DNA of 64,000 nt from a bacterium (GTDB taxonomy: Bacteria > UBA8248 > JACPRG01 > G963555815). The notes under the pieces are model-generated. The model worked only from the letters and a program-made list of their open reading frames with translations, was not told where the DNA came from and did no database searches. Shown here piece after piece: positions 40,089 through 49,597 of this stretch. The translations under genes and the position numbers were made by a program. Positions within the stretch are counted from its first letter, which is position 1. Each line of letters starts with the position of its first letter. The DNA lies in NCBI GenBank assembly GCA_965261595.1, contig CBDHDG010000007.1, forward strand, positions 128,001 through 192,000. Reading direction: 5' to 3'.

Positions 40089-41966
40089 TTGCGGGTCCGG
40101 CGCGCTTTTCGGGGGCCTCCTCCTGGGATTGGCCGAAGGGACCTGGTTTATCTTTCGAGCTCCGACCCGATGGCGGGGCGGGTGTTTCCCTACGCGGCGG
40201 CGCTCTACGGGCTGACGGGGCTGGTGTTCGGAGTCCTCTTGGGGATTCCGATTTCCCTGTCGCGCCGCATCTTCTTGCGCCCCACCCTCGAAGGGGCGCG
40301 GGCGTTCAGCTTTACGTTCTTTCTGTGGGCGGGGGCCTTCTACATCGGCCGGGTCCGCGTCCTCCGGGATCTCCTCGAAGAGGGGGCCCGCGACTTCGGC
40401 GGGATCACACCGTTGATCGCAACCATCATCCTGGCGGTGACGGCCGCCGTCCTGGGGCTCCTGACGTTGAGACGGCTTTTGAGCGCGCGCCACAGGGTGC
40501 TCTCCCCGATTCCGGCCGCGGGAAGCCTCATCCTCGTCGTGGCGATCGGCGGTGTCCTCACGCGAGAAGGACAGCCGGAGGTGACGCCGCCCCAGGCCAA
40601 AATCGAGCGGGAGGCCCCGGGCGACAAACCGAACGTCATCCTGATCGCCGTGGACACCCTTCGCTCGGACCACGTCTCGGCCTACGCCCGCCTCCTTGGC
40701 CGAAAACCCGCGCCCGCCGAAACCCCGGCCATGGACCGTCTCGCCGCCGACGGCACGGTGTTTCTGAACGCGATCTCCCAATCCTCCTGGACCAAGCCCT
40801 CGTTCGCGTCGCTCCTGACGGGTCTCTACCCCTCGACGCACAACGCCGTCCACAAGCTGGACCGTCTGCCGGACAAGGTGGAAACCCTGGCGGAGGTCCT
40901 CTCTTCCGGCGGATACTTGACAGCGGCCCTGGCCAACAACGCGAACATCGCCCCGACGTTCAATTTTCAGCAGGGGTTTGCGCACTACCGATACCTGGAG
41001 CCCGACGCGCTGTTATGGGCACCCGAGGCCGGGTTCCATCTCGTCTTCCACCGGACTTTTCGGGCGATTCATGGACGCCTCCTCGGCGGAGGGAAGAGGC
41101 CCCGCGACTACTACTGGCCCGCCGAAGACGTGAACCGCGAGGCCTTCGACCGGATCGAGGAAATAGCGAACCGGCGCTTTTTCCTCATGATCCATTACAT
41201 GGACCCCCACGACCCGTACTTCTCCCGGCCCCTGGACGGCCGGTTCTACGCCCGCATCCAAAATCCCCGGCCCGATCCCTCTCTGGCCAACCCATACGCC
41301 GACCTCTACGCCCGAGAGGTGCGATACCTCGACACCCAAATCGGGAAGCTCATCGAATATCTCAAGGTCCTGGGTCTCTACGACAATTCCCTCATCATTC
41401 TCACCTCGGACCACGGGGAAGAGTTCTTCGAGCACAAGGGCTGGTGGCACGGGACGAGTCTGTTCGAGGAGCAAATCCGGGTTCCGCTGATCATCAAGTT
41501 TCCCAAGGGCAAGAACGCCGGGAAGGTCCGCCGGGGAGTCGTCCGGCTCCTGGATGTCCCCCAAACGATCCTGGAGGTGACGCGCACGCCCGGGGGCGGG
41601 AAAATGCAGGGGCGGAGTCTGGTGAAGGCGGCGCTGAACGGCGCCGGGAAGGAAGGAACTTCCGCCCTCTCGGAGCTGAACCCGGAAGGCCACGTCCTGT
41701 CATCCCTGCGGACAAGCCGGTGGAAGTGGATCGAGGCCAATCCCGGAAATCCCCGAAACCTGCCGGCGAAAACCCTCTCTGACTTAAAAAATGACCCGGG
41801 CGAGTTCGAGAATCTGGTGGTGAAAAAAGAGCCGGTCAGCCAGGAGCTGGACAGGAAGCTGCGCGGTCTGATCGACATGGCCCGCAAAGGCGCGGTCCCC
41901 CGCGAGGCTGTCACTCTGGACCCGGCCGAGGAAGAACGCCTGAGGGCGCTGGGATACATCGATTAG
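40089..41966 (+). CDS. Membrane-anchored sulfatase-family protein (Ser-type); 5' end uncertain
   Basis: PNVILIAVDTLRSDH, SSWTKPSFASLLTG, HYMDPHDPY, TSDHGEEF, LRALGY. Confidence 0.88.
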   Translation: MRVRRAFRGPPPGIGRRDLVYLSSSDPMAGRVFPYAAALYGLTGLVFGVLLGIPISLSRRIFLRPTLEGARAFSFTFFLWAGAFYIGRVRVLRDLLEEGARDFGGITPLIATIILAVTAAVLGLLTLRRLLSARHRVLSPIPAAGSLILVVAIGGVLTREGQPEVTPPQAKIEREAPGDKPNVILIAVDTLRSDHVSAYARLLGRKPAPAETPAMDRLAADGTVFLNAISQSSWTKPSFASLLTGLYPSTHNAVHKLDRLPDKVETLAEVLSSGGYLTAALANNANIAPTFNFQQGFAHYRYLEPDALLWAPEAGFHLVFHRTFRAIHGRLLGGGKRPRDYYWPAEDVNREAFDRIEEIANRRFFLMIHYMDPHDPYFSRPLDGRFYARIQNPRPDPSLANPYADLYAREVRYLDTQIGKLIEYLKVLGLYDNSLIILTSDHGEEFFEHKGWWHGTSLFEEQIRVPLIIKFPKGKNAGKVRRGVVRLLDVPQTILEVTRTPGGGKMQGRSLVKAALNGAGKEGTSALSELNPEGHVLSSLRTSRWKWIEANPGNPRNLPAKTLSDLKNDPGEFENLVVKKEPVSQELDRKLRGLIDMARKGAVPREAVTLDPAEEERLRALGYID

Positions 41967-42079
41967 AAGCAAGAACCTTTGGGGGGGCGCTTCCGTGCCG
42001 GCCGAACTGCGGTTGAAGCACCTTACCCCCATCACTCCGTCTCTGGCGCACGGCCCCGCGATTGTCTAACGGGCGGGCA

Positions 42080-42363
42080 TCCAGCCCGTCTTCGGAAGGC
42101 GGCCAGGATGGCCGCCCTACCTGCACGATAGCGGGCGGCCCTTTCAGGGCCGCCCGCTATCGCTAAAAACTGGCACATTGGCCGGATGCCGCGGCTGGCG
42201 CAGCCAGACGGGTATCCGGCCAAAAAGAGAAGCCACCGGCAGGCCGAAGACAACCGTCCCAGCCAACCCCATACCCAACCCCAGCAGGCCGAGCAAAGCT
42301 CGGCCGTCAAAAGTTTCTAAGGGGGCTCTGGGGGGCGTCTTACAAGAAGCCCCCCAGGGTTTT
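42080..42363. repeat. Composite palindromic intergenic repeat, copy C (with GTAG-type REP at 42098-42120)
   Basis: Same core; 17-bp perfect hairpin at 42126-42162; end hairpin identical to copy A. Confidence 0.9.
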
Positions 42364-43137
42364 CTACAGCATCCACACAACACTCATCATCCGGCCCACG
42401 CCGGGGCCGTCGCGGCGGTAGGAGAAAAACTCCTTCGGATTGCCCTTCGTGCAGAGGTCGAGCGTGAAGACCTGATCGGACGGCACGCCCGCCCACTCGA
42501 GCGCGCTTCGGTTCATCCCCCAGAGGTCCAAGAGCGTCTTGCCTCCGCCGAGGGGCGTCGTGAAACTCCGCCAATCGGGGACATTCGAGCGGACCTCCTC
42601 CAGGGCGTCTTCCCCCACTTCGTAGGCATCCGGGCCGATGCCGGAACCGATGAACGCTTGGACGTCCGAAGGATTCGAGCCGTACCGGCCGGCCATCTTC
42701 TTCAAGACCGCCACCGCCACGCCCCCGACCGTTCCCAGCCGCCCGGCGTGCGCGACCCCGGCGCATCCCGCCCTCTGATCCCAGAGCGCGACGGGGACGC
42801 AATCGGCCGTGAGAACCCCCAGGGGCCGGCCGGTCGCGGCTGTCACCATCGCGTCCGCCTCCTGAATATCGGGCGCCTCCTCCGAGGGCACGTCGATGAC
42901 GCGCGCTCCGTGAACCTGCCGCAGGAGCTTCGGTCCTTCGAACCCCGCCGCCTCGGAGAAGATCGCGCGGTTCCGGGCGACGTTCTCTCGGTCGTCCTTC
43001 TTCGTCCAGCCCAGGTTGAGGGATTCGCAAACGCCCCGGCTGACTCCCCCGATCCGCGTGCTGAAGGCGCACCGGAAGCCGTCCATCGCCGCCTGGTAAT
43101 AGACAACGCCGTTCCGCTCGATCCGTTCGAAAACCAA
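42364..43137 (-). CDS. pgeF: YfiH/PgeF-family purine nucleoside phosphorylase / peptidoglycan editing factor
   Basis: STRIGGVS, QVHG, TADCVPV, HAG, FFSYRR. Confidence 0.92.
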   Translation of the reverse strand: MVFERIERNGVVYYQAAMDGFRCAFSTRIGGVSRGVCESLNLGWTKKDDRENVARNRAIFSEAAGFEGPKLLRQVHGARVIDVPSEEAPDIQEADAMVTAATGRPLGVLTADCVPVALWDQRAGCAGVAHAGRLGTVGGVAVAVLKKMAGRYGSNPSDVQAFIGSGIGPDAYEVGEDALEEVRSNVPDWRSFTTPLGGGKTLLDLWGMNRSALEWAGVPSDQVFTLDLCTKGNPKEFFSYRRDGPGVGRMMSVVWML

Positions 43138-43198
43138 AGGACGAAAACCCTTTTCTGGGGGAACATTTTGAAAACTGTTCCCCAGGGTTTTACAGCCT

Positions 43199-44953
43199 CT
43201 AAGCCGGGAGGAGTGAGATCCACTTCTTCCGAGACTTGATTGGGGACGCGCTTTCCGCCGTCTCCCAGTAGCGCCGGCTTTCGCGAACCATAAAATCCTT
43301 CGGCAGATTCTGGTTGATCACATCCCACGGGAGCGGCTCATCGTAGCCCCACTTCCGCGTCACATAGAAATCGGGGTCCACCGGAGATTCACGGAGCGCC
43401 GCCCCCCAGTCCCCGCGCAGCCGGTGGACCGTCTCGAGAAGACCGCCCACGCGCCGGTCGCCGCGCGAAAGGAGTGCCTGGATATAGGCCCATTTGGGGA
43501 CCTCGTGATTCATCCGGACATTCGGCTCGGACCGAATGAGGCCCGCGAGCAGCTTCAGCCTGCGCCTGACCTCTTTGAGCGGCGCCATCCCCTCCCACTG
43601 CATGGGCGTGTGGGGTTTGGGGATAAAGGGATTGACGCTGAGCGTCAGCGTCCCGAGGCGTTTCCGGTCGCGTCCGATCTTCAGCATGATTTGCTTGATT
43701 TTCCGGGCCATGTGGGCGATGGCGGCCACGTCCTCATCGGTTTCACCGGGGAGGCCCACGAGGAAGTACAATTTCAGGTTCACGATCCCGCTCCGGAAAA
43801 CCCGCTCGATCTGGTGGTAGATGAGGGCGTCGGAGAGCTCCTTGCGCACGGCCGCGCGCAGGCGCTCGGTCCCGGTCTCGGGGGCCAGCGTGAGGGAGCG
43901 CTCCCCGCTTCCGACCAGGACATCGAGCAGGTCATCGTCGAGGGCGTCGATCCGGAGCGAGGCGGGAGAGACGCGCCCGCCCATCTCTACGATATCCCGG
44001 CAGATGCCGGTGAGCTCGGGGTGGTTGGAAACCATCGTCCCGACCAGTCCGATCTGTTTGCGGTGCTGAAGCCCCACGCGGATGTCGGCCCGAAGAGATT
44101 CCCGGGACCGGTTCCGCAGGGGCCGAAAGGTGAAATCGGCGGCGCAGAACCGGCATCCCCAGCCGCAGCTTCGTCCGATCTCGACGAGGAACAACTTCCC
44201 GAACTCGGTGTCCTCGGTCAAGATCCACGAGAGCGCGGGGGTCTTTTCCAGGTCGCGGACCTTTCGCTTATCGACCCGATCGGGAAACCCCGGCAAAGGC
44301 CGAAGCGCGGCCAGGCTGTTGATCCCATGCCGGCTGTCCGCGGGGGGGGGGGGGGGGGAATCGATTTCGTAGCCGGATGGGACATAGACCCCCGGGACCC
44401 GGGCCAGGTCCGCCAGGACCGTTTCCCGGGCGCGCCCTTTGCCCTCGACGAGGACGGCCATGATCTCCGCCAGGACCTCCTCCGCCTCCCCCACCACGGC
44501 CGCGTCCACGAACGGCGCCAGAGGCTCCGGATTGTACGAGGGGCAAATCCCTCCCATGATGATGATCGGGTGTCGGCCCGTTCGGTCGACCGAGCGCAGG
44601 GGGATTCCGCCCTCGTCCAGCACTTCGAGAATCGCCGGGTAGTCGGTCTCGTAGGGCGAAGAGAAAGCCACCAGGTCAAAACCGCCGAGGGGCGATCCGG
44701 TCTCAAGCGTCCGGACGCCCTTGCCCCGCCCGTCCGGGGAAAACACTCGCTCGCAAACGACCCCGTCCATCTCGTTCAGCATGCGATAGACCTGCTGAAA
44801 ACCCAGATTGGACATGGCCACGTGATACGTATTGGCATAGACGAGGGCGACCCGGTAGCCCGCGCGCGATGGGTCGAAAAGCGGCCCGAAGGGATAAACT
44901 TCCCGGGCGAGGATTTCTCGGGGCGTGAGGGATTTTGATGAAGCCCTGGGCAT
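43199..44953 (-). CDS. B12-binding-domain-type radical SAM protein
   Basis: AMSNLGFQ, EIGRSCGWGCRFC (CxxxCxxC), TLAPETG, LKLYFLVGLP, PFIPKPHTP. Confidence 0.88.
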   Translation of the reverse strand: MPRASSKSLTPREILAREVYPFGPLFDPSRAGYRVALVYANTYHVAMSNLGFQQVYRMLNEMDGVVCERVFSPDGRGKGVRTLETGSPLGGFDLVAFSSPYETDYPAILEVLDEGGIPLRSVDRTGRHPIIIMGGICPSYNPEPLAPFVDAAVVGEAEEVLAEIMAVLVEGKGRARETVLADLARVPGVYVPSGYEIDSPPPPPADSRHGINSLAALRPLPGFPDRVDKRKVRDLEKTPALSWILTEDTEFGKLFLVEIGRSCGWGCRFCAADFTFRPLRNRSRESLRADIRVGLQHRKQIGLVGTMVSNHPELTGICRDIVEMGGRVSPASLRIDALDDDLLDVLVGSGERSLTLAPETGTERLRAAVRKELSDALIYHQIERVFRSGIVNLKLYFLVGLPGETDEDVAAIAHMARKIKQIMLKIGRDRKRLGTLTLSVNPFIPKPHTPMQWEGMAPLKEVRRRLKLLAGLIRSEPNVRMNHEVPKWAYIQALLSRGDRRVGGLLETVHRLRGDWGAALRESPVDPDFYVTRKWGYDEPLPWDVINQNLPKDFMVRESRRYWETAESASPIKSRKKWISLLPA

Positions 44954-45330
44954 GGAAACGTGAATCCTTCCGGCCGGAACGCTCCATCTCTCCGGGATCG
45001 GCGTCAGAAAGCCTATGATTCCTATAGATGATTATAGGTCCAGCGGGGGGGCGCGGCAACCAAGGGCCAAGTCACGATGGTGCGTGTCCGTCACTTTTTC
45101 CGGGATTTTCCGGGGACGCGGACGAAACCCACGGCCGTGCCTTTGTCGGCGAATCGGATGGTGATCCGGAAGATCCGCCCCGGCTTGAAATAACCGCCAG
45201 CGGCGGCGCAAACCTCATATTGGACGATCCCGTTCGCGGTGTCGGAAATCCCCCACCCCCCCGGCCCGAAGGATTGAGCCGCTTCCGGCCCCGGCAGACC
45301 CCAAGGATCCAGTTGCCGCCCGGGGCCGTC

Positions 45331-46506
45331 TCACAGCATCGGCGCGGTCCGCAAACGAATCACTTGGTTCTGGCCGTCCGAATGGTGGAAGGACAGGGCG
45401 TCGCGAATGTATTTTTCCACCGGGTGGTCCTTCATGTATCCGTGGCCCCCCATCACGTCCAACGCCGACAGGCAAACGCGCGTGGCCGCCTCTGAGGCGA
45501 ACACCTTGCACATGTTACTCAATTTCGGTTTGAAATCCGGATCGTGCTGGGCCGCCCAGGCCGTCCGCCAAATGAAGCTCCGGGCCGCTTCGAGGTCCTT
45601 GTACATGTCCGACGCCACGCAAGCGATATTGGGGTGCTCGATGATGGGCCTTCCGCCTTGGATCCGGGTCTTCGCCCAGTCGAGCGCGTACTCGTAGGCG
45701 GCCACCGCGCATCCCAGGACAGTGGCCGCCGCCTGGGTGTTGCTGCCCAGCAGCCAGTGTCGCCGCATGAACATGGCCCGGTTCTCTTCCCCCAGCCGAT
45801 CCTCGACCGGGACGCGGACGTTTTCCAGGACCAGCTCGGCGTTCTGGACCAGACGCTGCCCCATCTTGTCGTGAACCCTGGCCACGGAGAATCCCGGGGT
45901 GTCCGCGGGAAGAAGGAACGCCGTCAGGCCCTGGGAGACGCCGACGGTATTGTCCGTCCGCGCGTAGAGGACGTAGAAGCTCGCCAGCCCCCCGTTCGAG
46001 ATGAAGTGCTTTCGGCCGTTGATGACGTAGTGGTCCCCTTCGCGGACCGCCGAGGTCTGCGTCCCGACGCCCGGCGCGTCGTAAGGGAGGATGTTGTCCG
46101 AGCCGGAGAGCGGCTCGCTGTTGGCCGTGGCCAGCAGGGCGCGGGGATTGTTGATGAGTCCGGGCAAGTGGCGCTCGCGCTGGTCATCGGTCATGCTTCC
46201 GGTCATCAGGCTGAACATCTTCCAGGTCTGATCGAAGGCCACGGCGAGGCCCAGATCGCCCCGGGCCAGCTCTTCGCCGACGAGACATAGCGTGAGGATA
46301 TCGGCTTCGCCGCCCCCATACGCCTTGGGCAGGGAGAGGAGACGCAGGCCGAGCTTGTCCCCTTCTTCGATCACTTCCCAGGGGAAGGCCTCGGCGGGGT
46401 CCGGGATCCGGTCCCGCTCCATGGCAATCGGCGTGATGTGCTTATCCACAAAATCGCGGGCGGTCTGCCGAAGCGCTTTCTGCTCCGGGGTTAGTGAGAG
46501 ATCCAT
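45331..46506 (-). CDS. Acyl-CoA dehydrogenase family protein
   Basis: SEPLSGSD, INGRKHFISNG, KMGQR, GGHGYMKDHPVEKYIRD. Confidence 0.92.
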   Translation of the reverse strand: MDLSLTPEQKALRQTARDFVDKHITPIAMERDRIPDPAEAFPWEVIEEGDKLGLRLLSLPKAYGGGEADILTLCLVGEELARGDLGLAVAFDQTWKMFSLMTGSMTDDQRERHLPGLINNPRALLATANSEPLSGSDNILPYDAPGVGTQTSAVREGDHYVINGRKHFISNGGLASFYVLYARTDNTVGVSQGLTAFLLPADTPGFSVARVHDKMGQRLVQNAELVLENVRVPVEDRLGEENRAMFMRRHWLLGSNTQAAATVLGCAVAAYEYALDWAKTRIQGGRPIIEHPNIACVASDMYKDLEAARSFIWRTAWAAQHDPDFKPKLSNMCKVFASEAATRVCLSALDVMGGHGYMKDHPVEKYIRDALSFHHSDGQNQVIRLRTAPML

Positions 46507-46567
46507 ATCCTTTGCGAACTCCCGATGGCGGTTATCACTTACGGAAGCAACCAAAAATAGCGGGGCT

Positions 46568-47335
46568 TTAAACGACTTCCGTCAGCGTTTCCGGCTTTGA
46601 AACCAGAGGCTGAAATTGCTCCCCCGACATTGGACACCAATCCGCGGGCCAGGGCGCCTCCAAGCGGCAAAGCAAGCGCTGCTGGACCGGGCCGGGCTCC
46701 GGATTCACCCTCTCCACGGTAACCCTGACTCCGTTACGATCACGCTCAATCAACTGGTGGATATCCTCAAGGAAATACCGAGGAATCCAACCGACCAGGC
46801 ATCCGGCCTCACTCCGCAAGAGAATGGCTTTCTCGTCAGCGGAATTTTGGAGATCCGCGCAAAGCAAGAGTCGCGTCCCTTTCGTCATACCCGGCACAAA
46901 CGTCTGACTCTCGGAGGGAAGATGGCGCAGCCCGTGTGCAAAAAAATGAATCCGATAACAACTGAACTCATCGGGCTTCGGATGCGGAAAGACCTCCAGC
47001 GAGTCTGTTGTGCGGCGTCCACCGGAACGCGTGAGGATCGCCACAGGGTCGTAAGGAGATTGCGGAAGACCCAACCGCTCGACCATCTCGCCATAATCGG
47101 GTCGGGATTGGCGCGGCACTCGATTGTCGAACAAGGGAAACAGGACCTTGGATTCATAGGCATACTTCAATTCCGGGAAAGAACTCAGCCGATCAAAACC
47201 CGCCTCTTCGTTCGCCTGAAGAACTCCTCTCGTGTATTGAAAGGTGTACGTTTCATCGCTTGAATCCAAACGGCCGATCACAAACCATCCCCGGGTCTTC
47301 ACCCTATCCTGCCAAGCGAGATACAAGCGTCTCAC
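46568..47335 (-). CDS. HipS-like/HIRAN-domain protein (putative partner of the kinase)
   Basis: LYLAWQD..VIGRL..YTFQY, LFPLFDNR, FFAHGLRH, NSADEKAI..VGWIPRY (HIRAN-like). Confidence 0.75.
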   Translation of the reverse strand: MRRLYLAWQDRVKTRGWFVIGRLDSSDETYTFQYTRGVLQANEEAGFDRLSSFPELKYAYESKVLFPLFDNRVPRQSRPDYGEMVERLGLPQSPYDPVAILTRSGGRRTTDSLEVFPHPKPDEFSCYRIHFFAHGLRHLPSESQTFVPGMTKGTRLLLCADLQNSADEKAILLRSEAGCLVGWIPRYFLEDIHQLIERDRNGVRVTVERVNPEPGPVQQRLLCRLEAPWPADWCPMSGEQFQPLVSKPETLTEVV

Positions 47336-48264
47336 GGAAGCGCCTCCCGAATTTCTTTCAGTTTCTTCCGTGTATTACGAAGAAGTTCCATGGCAAACTT
47401 CACAGAGACTTCGGAAATCCATCCCGTCGGCATTCTTCCAAAAATTCCTTCGAAGGCGGAGTCAGGCAACCTGATGGCGTTTTCCAGCCAGGGTTGAAAC
47501 GCACCGGGTTGAATTCTGGCGGCCCTTCGCACGAGCTCAATTGGGGAAAGACCATGTTTGTCATTGGAATCCCAGTAAATCGGTGAACGGGGTCTTTCCA
47601 CGTAATTCGGGAGATTGTCTTCTCGCAACATCTCCATTCTCTTCTCGTCTCTGAGTTCTCGGCCCAGCGACGAAGCGTGGTCATACGTGGGGGATAGAGT
47701 GAGCTGACGACCTGATGCTGATGCTTCAACCCTTCTGAGTAGGATACCCCAATTCTCATGGTGCCGGTCGGTGTTCCCAATCAACGCATCAAGTGTTAAA
47801 TAACCGGCAAAAACATCAGTCGCGCTCATTTCAATTGTAGGATGAGACCAATCTATCGGGACAGAGGTCTCTTTCAAGGTTTCCATAATTCTGTCATACG
47901 TATGATCCGACTGATGATATTTCTTCTCTTTCTCATAATCGGTCACAATGATAGGAAGGCGTTCATTTCCATGAACAAGCTCCAACCCGTTTTCCGGATC
48001 CGCAAATGAGAGAGACACCGTTCCAAATTCACCTTCGTAAGTTGCCAATTCGATACGTGCACAAGGAAGGCCCATCAATTCCCCGACTTCGGCCGCAATT
48101 TTCTCCGCCCACGCTTCCCCAGTATCCGGTCTCGGTTTCTTAAAAAGCCACAACTTATCTTCTCGATCGATCCACCAAAATTTCTCTTTTGATCCAAGCG
48201 CCTCGTCGTCATACGACGAGGTAATTTCGATTACGTCAAAAGTCGCTGGTTCTTGGCTTGCCAA
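47332..48264 (-). CDS. HipA/CtkA-like Ser/Thr kinase
   Basis: GSKEKFW, LFK, GEAWAEKIA, DALIGNTDRHHENWG, PTYDHASSLG. Confidence 0.85.
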   Translation of the reverse strand: MASQEPATFDVIEITSSYDDEALGSKEKFWWIDREDKLWLFKKPRPDTGEAWAEKIAAEVGELMGLPCARIELATYEGEFGTVSLSFADPENGLELVHGNERLPIIVTDYEKEKKYHQSDHTYDRIMETLKETSVPIDWSHPTIEMSATDVFAGYLTLDALIGNTDRHHENWGILLRRVEASASGRQLTLSPTYDHASSLGRELRDEKRMEMLREDNLPNYVERPRSPIYWDSNDKHGLSPIELVRRAARIQPGAFQPWLENAIRLPDSAFEGIFGRMPTGWISEVSVKFAMELLRNTRKKLKEIREALP

Positions 48265-48294
48265 TGAATCGGATATCCAATGTGAAGAGGGTGC

Positions 48295-49509
48295 TCATTG
48301 ACTCTGGAGCGACTGGATAATCTCCCGGAACTCCTCGTCGTCGATGAGGGCCTTGCGCTCGATCGAGCGGCGCTTGATCTCGGCCAGGGCCGCCTGCACC
48401 TTTTCCTCGTCCTCCAGCTTCAGTCCGCTCTCCTCGAGCTTGACCCGAATCGAGGTCGCCCCGCTCTTTTTGCCCAGGACCACGCGGGGCCGGTTGCCCA
48501 CAAACTTAGGCGCGATCGAGAACATGGCCAGGGGGCGCTCGTAAAGCATGTCGATGCCGATGCCCGATTCGCGCGTGAAGGTGTTCAGGCCGGTCAGCGC
48601 CTTGCCGGGCGCCAATGGATAGCCCGAAAGACGCTGCACGAGGCCGCTCACCTTCTCCAGCTTGTCGAAATGGACGTTCGTCGAGATCCCGTACAGCGTC
48701 CGCAGGCTCACCACCACCTCGTCCAGGGAAGCGTTGCCGCTTCGCTCGCCCAGGGCGTTGACGCTCACATGCGTCACCTTCGCCCCGGCCCCAACAGCCG
48801 AGAGCGTCGTCGCGATGCCCATCCCCAGATCGTTGTGGGTGTGAACCTCGACCGGGATTCCGGTCAGGCCGCGGACCCGGCGAACCAGGACCTCCATGGC
48901 CCGGGGCAGGAGGCACCCGGTGGTGTCGACCACGCCCACCGAATCGGGATTCCCCCGGTCCATCACCTCACCCAGAAGTCGATCCAGGAACCCGAGGTCC
49001 GCCCGGGTCGTGTCATACGGGAAATAAACCGTGTGCAGACCGGCGGCCTTGGCGTGCGCGATGGTCTCCACACTTCGCTCGATGACGTCCTCCTCGCTCC
49101 ACTTCGGGAACTGATACTTGAGCTTCGGAATGCTGCACGGGATTTCGATGACCACGCCGTCCGCGCCGCACTTGAGGGACAGATCGACGTCCGCCGGCGT
49201 CGCGCGGCAGAAGGTCATCAGTTTCGCGCGCATCCCGAGCTGCGCCATCTCTTCGATGGCCTTTGCGTCATCGGCCGAGACGGCGGGCATGCCGCCCTCG
49301 ATCCGGTCCACACCGAGGTCGTCGAGGGCCCGGGCGATCTCGATCTTTTCCTCGATGCGGAAGACCACGCCGGGCGTCTGCTCCCCGTCCCGGAGGGTGA
49401 CGTCGTGAATTTCCACCCTCTCGGGGAGGTCGAGGGAATCCCTCACTTCATCGGAGTAGTTCAGCGGACCGACCCAGAAGTCATCACAGGCCCAGGGGGT
49501 GTCGCTCAT
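48295..49509 (-). CDS. DRE-TIM metallolyase (homocitrate/isopropylmalate synthase-like, no regulatory domain)
   Basis: DVTLRDGEQ, HTHNDLG, LGERSGNA, VLGKKSG. Confidence 0.88.
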   Translation of the reverse strand: MSDTPWACDDFWVGPLNYSDEVRDSLDLPERVEIHDVTLRDGEQTPGVVFRIEEKIEIARALDDLGVDRIEGGMPAVSADDAKAIEEMAQLGMRAKLMTFCRATPADVDLSLKCGADGVVIEIPCSIPKLKYQFPKWSEEDVIERSVETIAHAKAAGLHTVYFPYDTTRADLGFLDRLLGEVMDRGNPDSVGVVDTTGCLLPRAMEVLVRRVRGLTGIPVEVHTHNDLGMGIATTLSAVGAGAKVTHVSVNALGERSGNASLDEVVVSLRTLYGISTNVHFDKLEKVSGLVQRLSGYPLAPGKALTGLNTFTRESGIGIDMLYERPLAMFSIAPKFVGNRPRVVLGKKSGATSIRVKLEESGLKLEDEEKVQAALAEIKRRSIERKALIDDEEFREIIQSLQSQ

Positions 49510-49597
49510 GGCTTCATCCTCGCGTTTTTGTCAGGCGCACCGGCCCGCCGGAGAGAGCAGGCGCCTACAAATCCATTTGTCGGAGAGACCCGGGGCG

